DNA of 64,000 nucleotides from assembly GCA_016208765.1 (NCBI GenBank), contig JACQXK010000012.1, positions 18,152-82,151 on the forward strand, in the 5' to 3' direction. Every line of letters begins with the position of its first letter. Within the stretch, counting starts at the first letter, position 1. Origin of the DNA: Candidatus Omnitrophota bacterium (lineage in GTDB: Bacteria; Omnitrophota; Gorgyraeia; Gygaellales; Profunditerraquicolaceae). Under the pieces are notes generated by a model, which saw only the letters and a list, made by a program, of their open reading frames with translations, was not told where the DNA came from and did not search any database. The position numbers and the translations under genes were made by a program. This document shows, piece after piece, positions 32,569-41,422 of this stretch.

Positions 32569-32711
32569 AACTTACGGACGCACGAAGTGCGACGTAAGTT
32601 ATTTGCGCGAATTAATGGCTTACGTAATGAAATTACGTAAACCATAGACCCAAACAAATAAACCATGCTTCCTATACTCAAGATATCCTGTTCCATAATT
32701 TATATCCTCGC

Positions 32712-33179
32712 TTATTTTAGCTGATTTAACAAATTAGCCATTTCAATAGCTGTTGCTGCTGCGTCGCGGCCCTTGTTGCCGTCCTTGGTTCCGGCACGCT
32801 CAATTGCCTGCTCAATAGTATCAGCTGTAATTACACCAAAAACAACAGGAACACCGGTATCAAGGCTAACCTTAGATACTCCTTTTGATACTTCTGCAGC
32901 GATATAATCAAAATGCGGTGTTGAACCGCGAATTACCGTACCCAAACAAATCACCGCGTCAAAATCCTTGGACTTAACCAGCTTTTGTGCGGCTAAAGGA
33001 ATTTCAAAAGCACCCGGCACCCAGGCTAACACAATATCTTTTTCATCTGCCCCATGCCTTGCCAAGGTATCAACACAACCGGAAACCAGCTCCTTAGTAA
33101 TAAAATCATTGAAACGCGAAGCAACAATCCCAAATTTCTTACCTCTTGCTATCAAATTTGCCTCAATTATCTTTGTCAT
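32712..33179 (-). CDS. ribH: 6,7-dimethyl-8-ribityllumazine synthase
   Basis: 155 aa, GIVASRFN...lumazine synthase family. Confidence 0.9.
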   Translation of the reverse strand: MTKIIEANLIARGKKFGIVASRFNDFITKELVSGCVDTLARHGADEKDIVLAWVPGAFEIPLAAQKLVKSKDFDAVICLGTVIRGSTPHFDYIAAEVSKGVSKVSLDTGVPVVFGVITADTIEQAIERAGTKDGNKGRDAAATAIEMANLLNQLK

Positions 33180-33190
33180 TTCTCCTCCTT

Positions 33191-34402
33191 TTAATCCAAA
33201 GTTAAATTATGCCCTAATTTCTCTTTTTTTGTTTTTAAATAATTGTAGTTTGACGGATTAGGTTTAATTTCCAGGGGGACTCTCTCCACGACCACTAATC
33301 CATACCCCTCAAGCCCGACGATCTTACGCGGATTATTGGTCAGAAGCCGGATATTCTTAATACCTAAATCCACTAAAATCTGCGCTCCTATCCCGTAATC
33401 ACGCAGGTCAGCTTTATGGCCCAGGGCCTCATTTGCTTCCACAGTATCAAGCCCGTCGTCTTGTAAATTATAAGCCTTGATCTTATCCACCAAACCGATC
33501 CCGCGGCCCTCCTGATTCATATAAAGGATTACCCCTTTTTTCTCTTTACCAACCAACTCCATTGCCTGTTTTAACTGCCTGCCACAATCGCAACGCAACG
33601 ACCCAAACACATCCCCGGTCATACACTCAGAATGTACGCGCACCAACACCGCATCCTTGTCAAACTCACCCATAGTTAAAGCCGTATGAACCTTGTTATT
33701 TGTCAGGTCACGGTAAAGGATCATTTTAAATTTGCCGTACTCGGTCGGCAGATATGCTTGTGCCGCCACCTCAATAAGCTTTTCCGAGCGGCGGCGATAC
33801 TGGATAAGGCTGGTGATAGAGCAAATTTTTAGAGAATGCTTTTTGGAAAATTCTATTAACTCAGGCAGGCGGCTCATCGTGCCATCGTCATTCATAATCT
33901 CACAAATCACCCCTGCAGGATATAAACCGGAAAGACGCATCAAATCTACACAAGCCTCTGTATGTCCTGCCCTGACCAAAACACCTCCCTTACGCGCCAA
34001 TAAAGGAAAACTATGCCCGGGGCGAGTAAGATCTTCTGGTTTAGACTGAGGGCCAATCAATATTTCTATGGTCCTGCTGCGGTCAAAAGCTGAAATCCCG
34101 GTAGTTATGCCTTTTGCTGCATCAACCGAGACAATCCAGGCAGTGGCAAAAGGGTCTTCCTTGCCGGAATAATTTTTGTCTTTTAACATCGGCTCTAAAT
34201 TTAAATCTTTAAGCCGGTTTTCTTCCATCGGTACACAAATTAAACCCCGGCCGAATTTTGCCATAAAATTAATATCTTCCGGACGGACAAAAGAAGCCGC
34301 CATAACCAAATCGCCTTCATTCTCACGATCTTCGTCGTCAACGACAATTACCATCTTGCCGGATTTTAAATCTTCTAATATCTCTGGAATTGAATTGAAC
34401 AT
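33191..34402 (-). CDS. ribBA: bifunctional 3,4-dihydroxy-2-butanone-4-phosphate synthase / GTP cyclohydrolase II
   Basis: 403 aa, DHBP synthase N-domain ([11 protein letters not shown]) plus GCHII C-domain (CxxC...C Zn motif CDCGRQL). Confidence 0.9.
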   Translation of the reverse strand: MFNSIPEILEDLKSGKMVIVVDDEDRENEGDLVMAASFVRPEDINFMAKFGRGLICVPMEENRLKDLNLEPMLKDKNYSGKEDPFATAWIVSVDAAKGITTGISAFDRSRTIEILIGPQSKPEDLTRPGHSFPLLARKGGVLVRAGHTEACVDLMRLSGLYPAGVICEIMNDDGTMSRLPELIEFSKKHSLKICSITSLIQYRRRSEKLIEVAAQAYLPTEYGKFKMILYRDLTNNKVHTALTMGEFDKDAVLVRVHSECMTGDVFGSLRCDCGRQLKQAMELVGKEKKGVILYMNQEGRGIGLVDKIKAYNLQDDGLDTVEANEALGHKADLRDYGIGAQILVDLGIKNIRLLTNNPRKIVGLEGYGLVVVERVPLEIKPNPSNYNYLKTKKEKLGHNLTLD

Positions 34403-34454
34403 AAGTTAGCGCACAATTTATGGAACGCCAGTGAACATAAATTGTGTCGTCATT

Positions 34455-34490
34455 AAAACAGTTTACCCGAAGATAAATCTTCGGGTATGT
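34455..34490 (-). terminator. hairpin CCCGAAGAT-UU-AUCUUCGGG followed by U-rich tract between the FMN element and ribBA (candidate riboswitch expression-platform terminator)
   Basis: stem 34466..34485, downstream uaaacuguuuu on minus strand. Confidence 0.5.
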
Positions 34491-34494
34491 AAAA

Positions 34495-34655
34495 AATCAT
34501 CTTCTTTCATCTGGACTTTATAAACAAGCAATTTATTTGCTTGTCCTGCCGAGAATACCTATTTACACCCAATCCTATTGGATGCATTGCTGTGTCGTTT
34601 CTCGGCTACCATCGGTACTGGATTTACACCAGTTCATGCCTTTATCTGGCTCGCG
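34495..34655 (-). promoter_or_regulatory. FMN riboswitch-like (RFN element) leader of the rib operon
   Basis: minus-strand GGUGUAAAUCCAGUACCGAUGGUAG (compare consensus GGUGAAAUUCCCGACCGGCGGUAG), second half GGGUGUAAAUAGG...CUCGGCAGGACAAG and 3' AGUCCAGAUGAAAGAAGAUG (compare AGUCUGGAUGGGAGAAGGA); located 5' of ribBA. Confidence 0.7.
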
Positions 34656-34662
34656 GACTTTA

Positions 34663-34734
34663 ACACCGACGCTAAATAATGCGTCTGTGTGCGCTTGCTG
34701 CATTAACACCCAACGCTAAAGGATGCGTTGGTGT
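34663..34734 (-). promoter_or_regulatory. two tandem near-identical hairpins (ACACCnACGC-TAAAnnAT-GCGTnnGTGT) in the rib leader upstream of the FMN element
   Basis: 34663..34690 and 34706..34734; 10-bp stems with single bulge, 8-nt loops. Confidence 0.5.
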
Positions 34735-34789
34735 GCGCCTTCTGCGCAACCGCCGGTCAGGAATCTCACCTTACCCTGAAGATTAGCTA

Positions 34790-34838
34790 ATTGTAACATA
34801 AAAACTTGCCTTGTCAACACGTTTAAACATACTATAAT
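34790..34838. promoter_or_regulatory. face-to-face divergent sigma70-type promoters sharing the -35 palindrome TTGTCAA: minus-strand TTGACA-16-TACAAT (rib leader) and plus-strand TTGTCA-16-TATAAT (cinA-thpR)
   Basis: minus -10 at 34795..34790, -35 at 34817..34812; plus -35 at 34811..34816, -10 at 34833..34838. Confidence 0.6.
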
Positions 34839-34847
34839 ATGTAGGAA

Positions 34848-35315
34848 ATGACAAACTTACCGTTACAACTACATAAACTCTTAATCAAAGAAAATAAAAC
34901 TATTGCCATAGCTGAATCCTGCACAGGGGGACTCCTCTCGAGCTTGCTAACCAGGCTCCCCGGAAGCTCAAAATACTTTATTCTTGGCATAGTTACTTAC
35001 AGTAACACAGCAAAAGAAAAATTCCTAAAAATACCCAAATCCATACTTCTTAAAAATGGCGCGGTTTCAGAAAAAGTTGCCAAGCTTATGGCCAAAAACG
35101 TAAGGCAGGCTGCAAAAACTGATTTTGGCATTGGGATTACCGGCATAGCCGGCCCAACCGGCGGGTCAACTCAAAAGCCAGTTGGCACAGTTTTTATTGC
35201 GCTAACAAAAGACAAGAAAGTCATCTGCAAAAAGTTAGTCTTTAAAGGAAACAGAAACACTGTTAGAAAACAAGCTGCTCTAAAAAGCCTGGCTCTGCTT
35301 AAAGATCTTATTTAA
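34848..35315 (+). CDS. pncC: CinA C-terminal domain protein (nicotinamide-nucleotide amidohydrolase PncC-like)
   Basis: 155 aa, ...IAIAESCTGGLLSS...GITGIAGP... CinA_C signature. Confidence 0.8.
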   Translation: MTNLPLQLHKLLIKENKTIAIAESCTGGLLSSLLTRLPGSSKYFILGIVTYSNTAKEKFLKIPKSILLKNGAVSEKVAKLMAKNVRQAAKTDFGIGITGIAGPTGGSTQKPVGTVFIALTKDKKVICKKLVFKGNRNTVRKQAALKSLALLKDLI

Positions 35316-35353
35316 TTCTTAAATATTAGGGACACTAAAGCAAAACGCTTAAA

Positions 35354-36019
35354 ATGAGAACATTTATTGCCATAGAGCTACCGAGTGAAATTAAAGCTGC
35401 ATTGGCCAATTTACAAACACAACTTAAAACAGCCAATGCGGACGTAAAATGGGTTTTAGAGAAGAATATTCATATAACCTTAAAATTCATCGGAGAACGC
35501 GATGAAAAAAAAGTAAATTCTTGCGCAGAGGCCCTGTCAAAAGTAGCCAATAACCATAACCCGTTTACTATCAGCCTTTCTAACTTAGGGGCCTTTCCAA
35601 ACACAACTTCTCCGAGGGTAATTTGGACAGGGATCTTAAAAGGAGAATCTGAAACCAAGAAAATTGCTCAGGAACTTGAAGAAGAAATTTGTCGTGCAGG
35701 CATCCCGAAAGAAAGCCGCGAATTTTCATCGCACGTTACTTTAGGAAGGACGCGTTCAAGCATAAATCTAAATAAACTTTCCGAAATATTGAATCTCCTC
35801 GGAATAAAGTCCGGGGATTCATCCCTTTTCGGGAAATCCCCGTTCATCCCCGGTCTAGAAGACAAGGGATTTCCCATCGGGGGATTAAGAAATGCAGAAA
35901 ATAACCCGGTGGGAAATCTTGAATTCGTTGTGAATAAACTTGTTCTTTTTAAGAGTACTCTTACTCCTAAAGGGCCTGTCTACGAAATTTATAAAGAAGC
36001 CAGCCTTAAAACTACCTGA
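35354..36019 (+). CDS. thpR: RNA 2',3'-cyclic phosphodiesterase (2H family, LigT/ThpR) with a roughly 40-aa low-complexity insertion
   Basis: 221 aa, two H-x-T-x motifs (HITLKFIG, HVTLGRT); insertion encoded by GC-rich palindromic DNA 35805..35920. Confidence 0.75.
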   Translation: MRTFIAIELPSEIKAALANLQTQLKTANADVKWVLEKNIHITLKFIGERDEKKVNSCAEALSKVANNHNPFTISLSNLGAFPNTTSPRVIWTGILKGESETKKIAQELEEEICRAGIPKESREFSSHVTLGRTRSSINLNKLSEILNLLGIKSGDSSLFGKSPFIPGLEDKGFPIGGLRNAENNPVGNLEFVVNKLVLFKSTLTPKGPVYEIYKEASLKTT

Positions 36020-36447
36020 AGTACCAAATTCGTATAAATACCGGCGATCAAATCATCCAGCATAATACCGGTACTTCCTTTTAAACACTGAAGCTTGCCT
36101 GCAGGATATGGCTTTAATGTATCCATCAAGCGAAAGACAAAAAACCCAAAAACTACAAATTTTATTTCAAAAGGGATAAATAAGAAACTGACCATTATCC
36201 CGCTTACCTCATCAATGACAATGCAGCGTGCATCTTTTTTCCCGACAGCCCTCTCTGCCGGGCCAGATAATAGAAAACCCAGTACTACAACTACTATCAT
36301 CGCCACAATATATGCAGCCGTATTATTCCTTACCAAATAAACCAAGAATAACCCGGCAATACTTCCAAATGTCCCGGGGATAAGCGGCAAATAACCAATG
36401 CCAAAACAAGAAGCAAAAAACTTTGCTATAAAATCTCTGATTTTCAT
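35989..36447 (-). CDS. pgpA: phosphatidylglycerophosphatase A
   Basis: 152 aa, PgpA family (GYLPLIPGTFGS). Confidence 0.8.
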   Translation of the reverse strand: MKIRDFIAKFFASCFGIGYLPLIPGTFGSIAGLFLVYLVRNNTAAYIVAMIVVVVLGFLLSGPAERAVGKKDARCIVIDEVSGIMVSFLFIPFEIKFVVFGFFVFRLMDTLKPYPAGKLQCLKGSTGIMLDDLIAGIYTNLVLQVVLRLASL

Positions 36448-36453
36448 AAGTAA

Positions 36454-37047
36454 TTACAGGCGGGTTATTACCTTGCGATTTTGCCAAAGGTATGAAAGGC
36501 CGGAATACAAAGTAAGCGCAACGGTGGCAGTCATCACCACATAAATCCCCTGGCGAAATATCTTTTCCCATCCCGGATTCCAGGTAAAATATGACAACTT
36601 CACCTCTTTAAGCACGATGAAACCAAGGATAGCAAATATCACCATCATCTGCCAAAATGTTTTGTGTTTACCGGCACGGGTAGCAGATAAAACTTTTCCT
36701 TTATTTAACGCAAAAAGCCTTAGAGATGTAATCAGGATCTCACGCGAAACAATAATAACAAACATCCAGGCATCAATAATCTGCATCTGCACAAAAGCAG
36801 CAAATGCCGAAAGGACCAGGATCTTATCTGCAATAGGGTCCATTAAACGGCCAAAATCTGTAACCATATTCCTCTTCTGGGCGATCATTCCGTCAAAAAA
36901 ATCAGAAAGTGCAGCCAGAATAAAAATGACCAAGCTAATCACTTTTGCCCAAAGAACCCAAGCCCCTTGAAAAGGAAAAGACAAAAAGAAAATAAAGAAA
37001 AAAGCCAAAACGATCCTAAGCATAGTTAATTTATTTGCGATGTTCAT
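36454..37047 (-). CDS. pgsA: CDP-diacylglycerol--glycerol-3-phosphate 3-phosphatidyltransferase
   Basis: 197 aa, CDP-alcohol phosphatidyltransferase motif DFFDG...AR...G...D...D. Confidence 0.8.
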   Translation of the reverse strand: MNIANKLTMLRIVLAFFFIFFLSFPFQGAWVLWAKVISLVIFILAALSDFFDGMIAQKRNMVTDFGRLMDPIADKILVLSAFAAFVQMQIIDAWMFVIIVSREILITSLRLFALNKGKVLSATRAGKHKTFWQMMVIFAILGFIVLKEVKLSYFTWNPGWEKIFRQGIYVVMTATVALTLYSGLSYLWQNRKVITRL

Positions 37048-38297
37048 GACACAACCTTTCCTGTTAAATCATACTCCATAGTATCGGTAATTTTTACATT
37101 TACAAAATCCCCGGGCACAAGCTTACGCGAAGAGCTTACATAAACCGTCCCATCCACTTCCGGGGCATCACCCTGTGTGCGCCCTAAATAACAGCCATTT
37201 TCTTGGCCATCTATCAAAACTTTTAAAGTATTACCTAATAATTTTGTGTTTATTTCTTTGGAAATATCCTGCTGTAACTGCATCAAAGAATTAAAACGCT
37301 CCTGCTTTAGCTTCTCAGGAAGCTGGGCTTTCATGCTATAAGCCGCAGTGCCCTCTTCCCTTGAATAAGTAAAAACCCCCAGCCTTTCAAAACGCGCATC
37401 TTTAACAAAATCAAACAGCTCCTGAAATTCTTTATCTGTTTCCGAGGGAAAACCAACTATCAAGCTTGTGCGCAAACTAACCCCTGAGATATTCTTCCTG
37501 ATCTTCTCAATGGCCTTTATGATATCGGACTTATTGGTGCTGCGCTTCATCAGCTTTAAAACCCGGTTATTGATATGCTGCACTGGCATATCAATGTATT
37601 TACAAACATTTACAGAGTCATTTATAACCTTAATTAAATCCTCGCTTATGCGGGCCGGATTAAGGTATAACAACCTTATCCATCCAATATTACTGGAATT
37701 CCTTACGATATCTTTTAAGAGCCCTGCAAGAACAGGCTTTTTATATAAGTCAATTCCGTAACCCGATATGTCCTGCCCGACGATATTTAACTCTGATTTC
37801 TTCTCTTTATTAAACTGTCTGACTTTTTCCAAGACCGCTTCTTTATCAAGGCTGGTAAATTTGCCCTTGATCTTCGGGATAATACAAAAACTGCAATTAT
37901 TTACGCAACCTTCACAAATCTTTAAATAAACAAAGTGCTCCGGCGTGATCGGGAACCTGCGTTTTTCATGATTAAGCCCGATACTGCCCACAAAGGCATC
38001 TATTTCAGGAAGTTCTCTAACCAGCTCTTTTTTGTAGCGCTGCGCAAGGCATCCATAAACAATTATTTTCTTAAGCCTGCCTTCTTTCTTCAGCTCTGCC
38101 AGCTCAAGAATTGCATCAATTGATTCTTCCTTGGCATCAGTAATAAATGCGCATGTATTTACAATTGCCACATCGGCCTTATCAATATCTACTACTTGAT
38201 AACCCTTGTCCCCAAGGCGCCCAAGAATACTTTCTGAATCTACCAGATTGCGCGGGCACCCTAAGCTCAAGATACCAATCTTTGTTTTCTCTTTCAT
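37044..38297 (-). CDS. rimO: ribosomal protein S12 methylthiotransferase RimO (MiaB-like radical SAM with TRAM domain)
   Basis: 417 aa, N-terminal KIGILSLGCPRNLVDSE, radical SAM CxxxCxxC (CEGCVNNCSFC), C-terminal TRAM. Confidence 0.8.
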   Translation of the reverse strand: MKEKTKIGILSLGCPRNLVDSESILGRLGDKGYQVVDIDKADVAIVNTCAFITDAKEESIDAILELAELKKEGRLKKIIVYGCLAQRYKKELVRELPEIDAFVGSIGLNHEKRRFPITPEHFVYLKICEGCVNNCSFCIIPKIKGKFTSLDKEAVLEKVRQFNKEKKSELNIVGQDISGYGIDLYKKPVLAGLLKDIVRNSSNIGWIRLLYLNPARISEDLIKVINDSVNVCKYIDMPVQHINNRVLKLMKRSTNKSDIIKAIEKIRKNISGVSLRTSLIVGFPSETDKEFQELFDFVKDARFERLGVFTYSREEGTAAYSMKAQLPEKLKQERFNSLMQLQQDISKEINTKLLGNTLKVLIDGQENGCYLGRTQGDAPEVDGTVYVSSSRKLVPGDFVNVKITDTMEYDLTGKVVS

Positions 38298-39166
38298 TTA
38301 CCAACGCTTAACCCTTCTTTTGTGATTACAATGTTCTTTAAGGCCTGGTTCTTCCTGCCTAAATTAGAAAAAATCTGGCCATTAACCTGCAATTCTACGG
38401 CATTGCCATTGCCTAAAGAAAGCTCTATTTTATCTTTTGCATCCCAACTTTCAAACCTGCCCTTTTCTAACACTCTTTGGAATATCAGCTTGCCATCAAT
38501 GCGCAACGAGATCCAGCAGTTTTCTTTTGTCCTGATCCCCAAAGAAATCCTGCCTGAATTATCTTTTATTGCAGCAGAAATATTTAGCTGAGATTTATCT
38601 GTCTTGGCAGGTGCAGTCTTGGAGGAAACAGTCTTATTCACACGCTGTTTTTGTTCATTAACTTTTGTTTTCTTAGAAACCGGCTGCTTTTTTGGCTCAA
38701 TCTTTGGCGATACCGAGGCCGCAGGCTTTTGATTTATAGAAATATTCCTGCGCCAGGAAATAAATTTAGTCACGAAAAAAACTAATGCCACAATCCCCAG
38801 CATTACCAACGCTGGAACAACTAACTTTTCTATCTTAAAACCTCCGGACCCAACTTTTAATTTAGCGGGCCTTGTTAACTGGGCAGGTTTTTCGGGTATG
38901 CTTGTTTTCTTCCCGTCGGGCTTCTTTAAAACAACAGCAGCTGCAGGCTCTTTGTAATCAGAAATAAAATCCTTGGGGTCAACGCCGAGAAAATTACAAT
39001 AAATCTTCAGGAATCCTTTTAAATAAATCGGGTTTAGGTCAGTCAGGCCCTCGCCTTCAAGGGCTTGCAAAATATTAATTTTTATCTTGGTTTTTTTATG
39101 CGCATCTTCCAGGCTAAGCCCTTTTTCTAAACGTATTTTTTTTATTCTTTCTCCGGCTTTAATCAT
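38294..39166 (-). CDS. rodZ: RodZ-like cytoskeleton protein (HTH XRE domain, single TM, C-terminal domain)
   Basis: 290 aa, N-terminal HTH (GERIKKIRLEKGLSLEDAHKKTKI), central TM, lysine-rich linker. Confidence 0.6.
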   Translation of the reverse strand: MIKAGERIKKIRLEKGLSLEDAHKKTKIKINILQALEGEGLTDLNPIYLKGFLKIYCNFLGVDPKDFISDYKEPAAAVVLKKPDGKKTSIPEKPAQLTRPAKLKVGSGGFKIEKLVVPALVMLGIVALVFFVTKFISWRRNISINQKPAASVSPKIEPKKQPVSKKTKVNEQKQRVNKTVSSKTAPAKTDKSQLNISAAIKDNSGRISLGIRTKENCWISLRIDGKLIFQRVLEKGRFESWDAKDKIELSLGNGNAVELQVNGQIFSNLGRKNQALKNIVITKEGLSVGK

Positions 39167-39168
39167 TT

Positions 39169-41421
39169 TTAGCTCGCATTCGTTTCTTCAGTGGCGGCAT
39201 TGTCCGCCTGTTCAATCATCATGCTCTTCTCAAGCCACGTGCTCCTGTCCACAAGTATCTTGCGCGGTTTGCTTCCTTCCCACGGCCCGACGAGCCCTTC
39301 CTGTTCCATCATATCAATAATCCGCGCTGCCCGCGGATGAGAGAGGCGCATCCTGCGCTGTAAAATAGAGACTGAAGCCTGATTACTCTCCATCACGATC
39401 CTGACCGCCTCGTCATAAAGCTCATCTTTCTCGCCATTAACAAGAGTTGATTTTTGCTGATCCTTAACAATTTCTTCGTTATAAACAGGCTGGGCCTGCT
39501 CTTTAATAAAACTAACCACCCGCTCAATCTCTTTATCACTAACTAAGGTACACTGAATACGATTAAGCTTTTCCTCTCCCGGTTTTAAAAACAGCATATC
39601 TCCTTTACCCAAAAGTTTATCTGCTCCGTTCATATCAAGGACAGTGCGTGAATCTACCTTTGAAGCCACCTTAAAAGAAATACGCGCCGGCAAATTGGCC
39701 TTGATTACCCCGGTAATAACATCCACTGATGGCCTTTGAGTAGCTAAGATCAAATGGATTCCCACTGCGCGCGAAAGCTGTGCCAGTCGGGTAACCGCAT
39801 TTTCAATCTGGTCGCGCGCCACATTCATCAAATCTGCAAACTCATCAACAATAACAACAATATAAGGAAGCTTCTCTTCTTTTACTTTCTCGTTATAACT
39901 TTCAATATTCCTTGCGCCTGCCTTTGCCAAAAGCTGGTATCGATCCTCCATCTCATTTACCACCCAGTTAAGAGCAGCTGATGCCTTTTTTGATTCTGTA
40001 ACCACCGGGCATAAAAGATGCGGCAGTCCGTTAAAAGGCACAAGCTCCACCATTTTTGGGTCAACCATCACAAACTTTAATTCATTAGGAGTTGAACGAA
40101 ATAATAATGATAAGATCAATGAATTTACGCAAACCGTCTTACCAGAACCAGTGGTCCCGGCAATTAATAAATGAGGCATATCATCTAAATCAGCAACCAC
40201 AGCCTTACCGGTAATATCTTTACCCAAAGCAAGAGTGATCTTTGATTTTGTCTCCTGGAACTCCTCTGAAGCCAAAACTTCTTTTAAGACTACAAGGCTT
40301 GAGTGCGAATTAGGAACCTCAACACCTACTCGGCCTTTACCGGGGATCGGGGCAATAATACGCACTGACTGCGCCTTCATTGCCAAAGCAATGTCATCGC
40401 TTAAAGTCACAATGCGGTTAAGCTTGACACCAGGAGCAGGCTCTAATTCATAACGGGTAATCACTGGCCCGCGCTCAATATCCGTAACCTTGGCAGAAAT
40501 TCCGAAATCTTCCAAAGTCTCCTCCAGGATCCTTGCATTACCTTCAAGGTCATCTTTAAGCTGCCGCTCCTCCAGAGGAAGAGGAGAATCCAAAAGCTCA
40601 AGTGACGGCAGTTGATAATCGCCGATCTTAAGCTGTTTCTGAGGAACCTTAATTTCAGCAGCCTTTGGCTTTTCTTTAATCTGAATTTTCGGCTTAGATA
40701 ATAAATTGCCCGCAGCCTGCATTGCCTTTAATTTTATGTTCTCTAAAGAGAATTCTTCTTTGCCATTTTTATCCTCTTTGCCCTGCTTGCCTTCTTTAAT
40801 CTTGTTTTTCTCTGCTAAAACTCCCCTTGGCTTAATTGCAATTTCTCTGCCTTTTCTTCCCTTAAATAAGGGGCCGAAAATCCCCAAAATAAATTTTGTC
40901 TGATCAAAGGCATTCATAAATAAAGACGATATCAGTATCTCGGTCACCAGCGCCAAAGAAAGAAGCGCAAAGGTTATAAAGATTATAAATCCTCCCAGGC
41001 GGCTAAAATAAGCGGTAATAAAATTAGCTGAAAAAGACCCCAACACCCCGGCAGCATGAAACCTCACGGATTCATTGCCTAAATTAAACATTCCGATAAG
41101 TGAGCTTATGGAAACCAATAAAACAAGGATCCCTAAAATCCGGGGTAAGCTTAAATAAGGAATCTGCTGGCGGAAGAATTTTATTCCCAAGGAAAGGACC
41201 AAAAACGGAATGACAAAACTGGTCGGCCTGCCAAATAAAAACACAATGACCGTGCCAACATAGGCGCCAAAAATACCTAAGAGATTTTTTGGGGGAATAT
41301 TTGGATGCGAAGTAAAAAAAGCGAGGTCAAAACGATTAAAACGAATAAGGCTGGCCAGGATCATCAGGCCAACCGCGACAAGGATTACTCCCTTAGCCTC
41401 ATTCAGTCTTCTTTCTTTCAC
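39169..41421 (-). CDS. ftsK: DNA translocase FtsK
   Basis: 750 aa, N-terminal TM segments, linker, RecA-like motor (GTTGSGKT Walker A), C-terminal gamma winged helix. Confidence 0.9.
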   Translation of the reverse strand: MKERRLNEAKGVILVAVGLMILASLIRFNRFDLAFFTSHPNIPPKNLLGIFGAYVGTVIVFLFGRPTSFVIPFLVLSLGIKFFRQQIPYLSLPRILGILVLLVSISSLIGMFNLGNESVRFHAAGVLGSFSANFITAYFSRLGGFIIFITFALLSLALVTEILISSLFMNAFDQTKFILGIFGPLFKGRKGREIAIKPRGVLAEKNKIKEGKQGKEDKNGKEEFSLENIKLKAMQAAGNLLSKPKIQIKEKPKAAEIKVPQKQLKIGDYQLPSLELLDSPLPLEERQLKDDLEGNARILEETLEDFGISAKVTDIERGPVITRYELEPAPGVKLNRIVTLSDDIALAMKAQSVRIIAPIPGKGRVGVEVPNSHSSLVVLKEVLASEEFQETKSKITLALGKDITGKAVVADLDDMPHLLIAGTTGSGKTVCVNSLILSLLFRSTPNELKFVMVDPKMVELVPFNGLPHLLCPVVTESKKASAALNWVVNEMEDRYQLLAKAGARNIESYNEKVKEEKLPYIVVIVDEFADLMNVARDQIENAVTRLAQLSRAVGIHLILATQRPSVDVITGVIKANLPARISFKVASKVDSRTVLDMNGADKLLGKGDMLFLKPGEEKLNRIQCTLVSDKEIERVVSFIKEQAQPVYNEEIVKDQQKSTLVNGEKDELYDEAVRIVMESNQASVSILQRRMRLSHPRAARIIDMMEQEGLVGPWEGSKPRKILVDRSTWLEKSMMIEQADNAATEETNAS

Positions 41422-41422
41422 C

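Noticed and set aside
32569-32711. 46-aa ORF (MEQDILSIGSMVYLFG...) in the ribH-nusB spacer
   Set aside because: It is just the translation of the two palindromic hairpins; no RBS.
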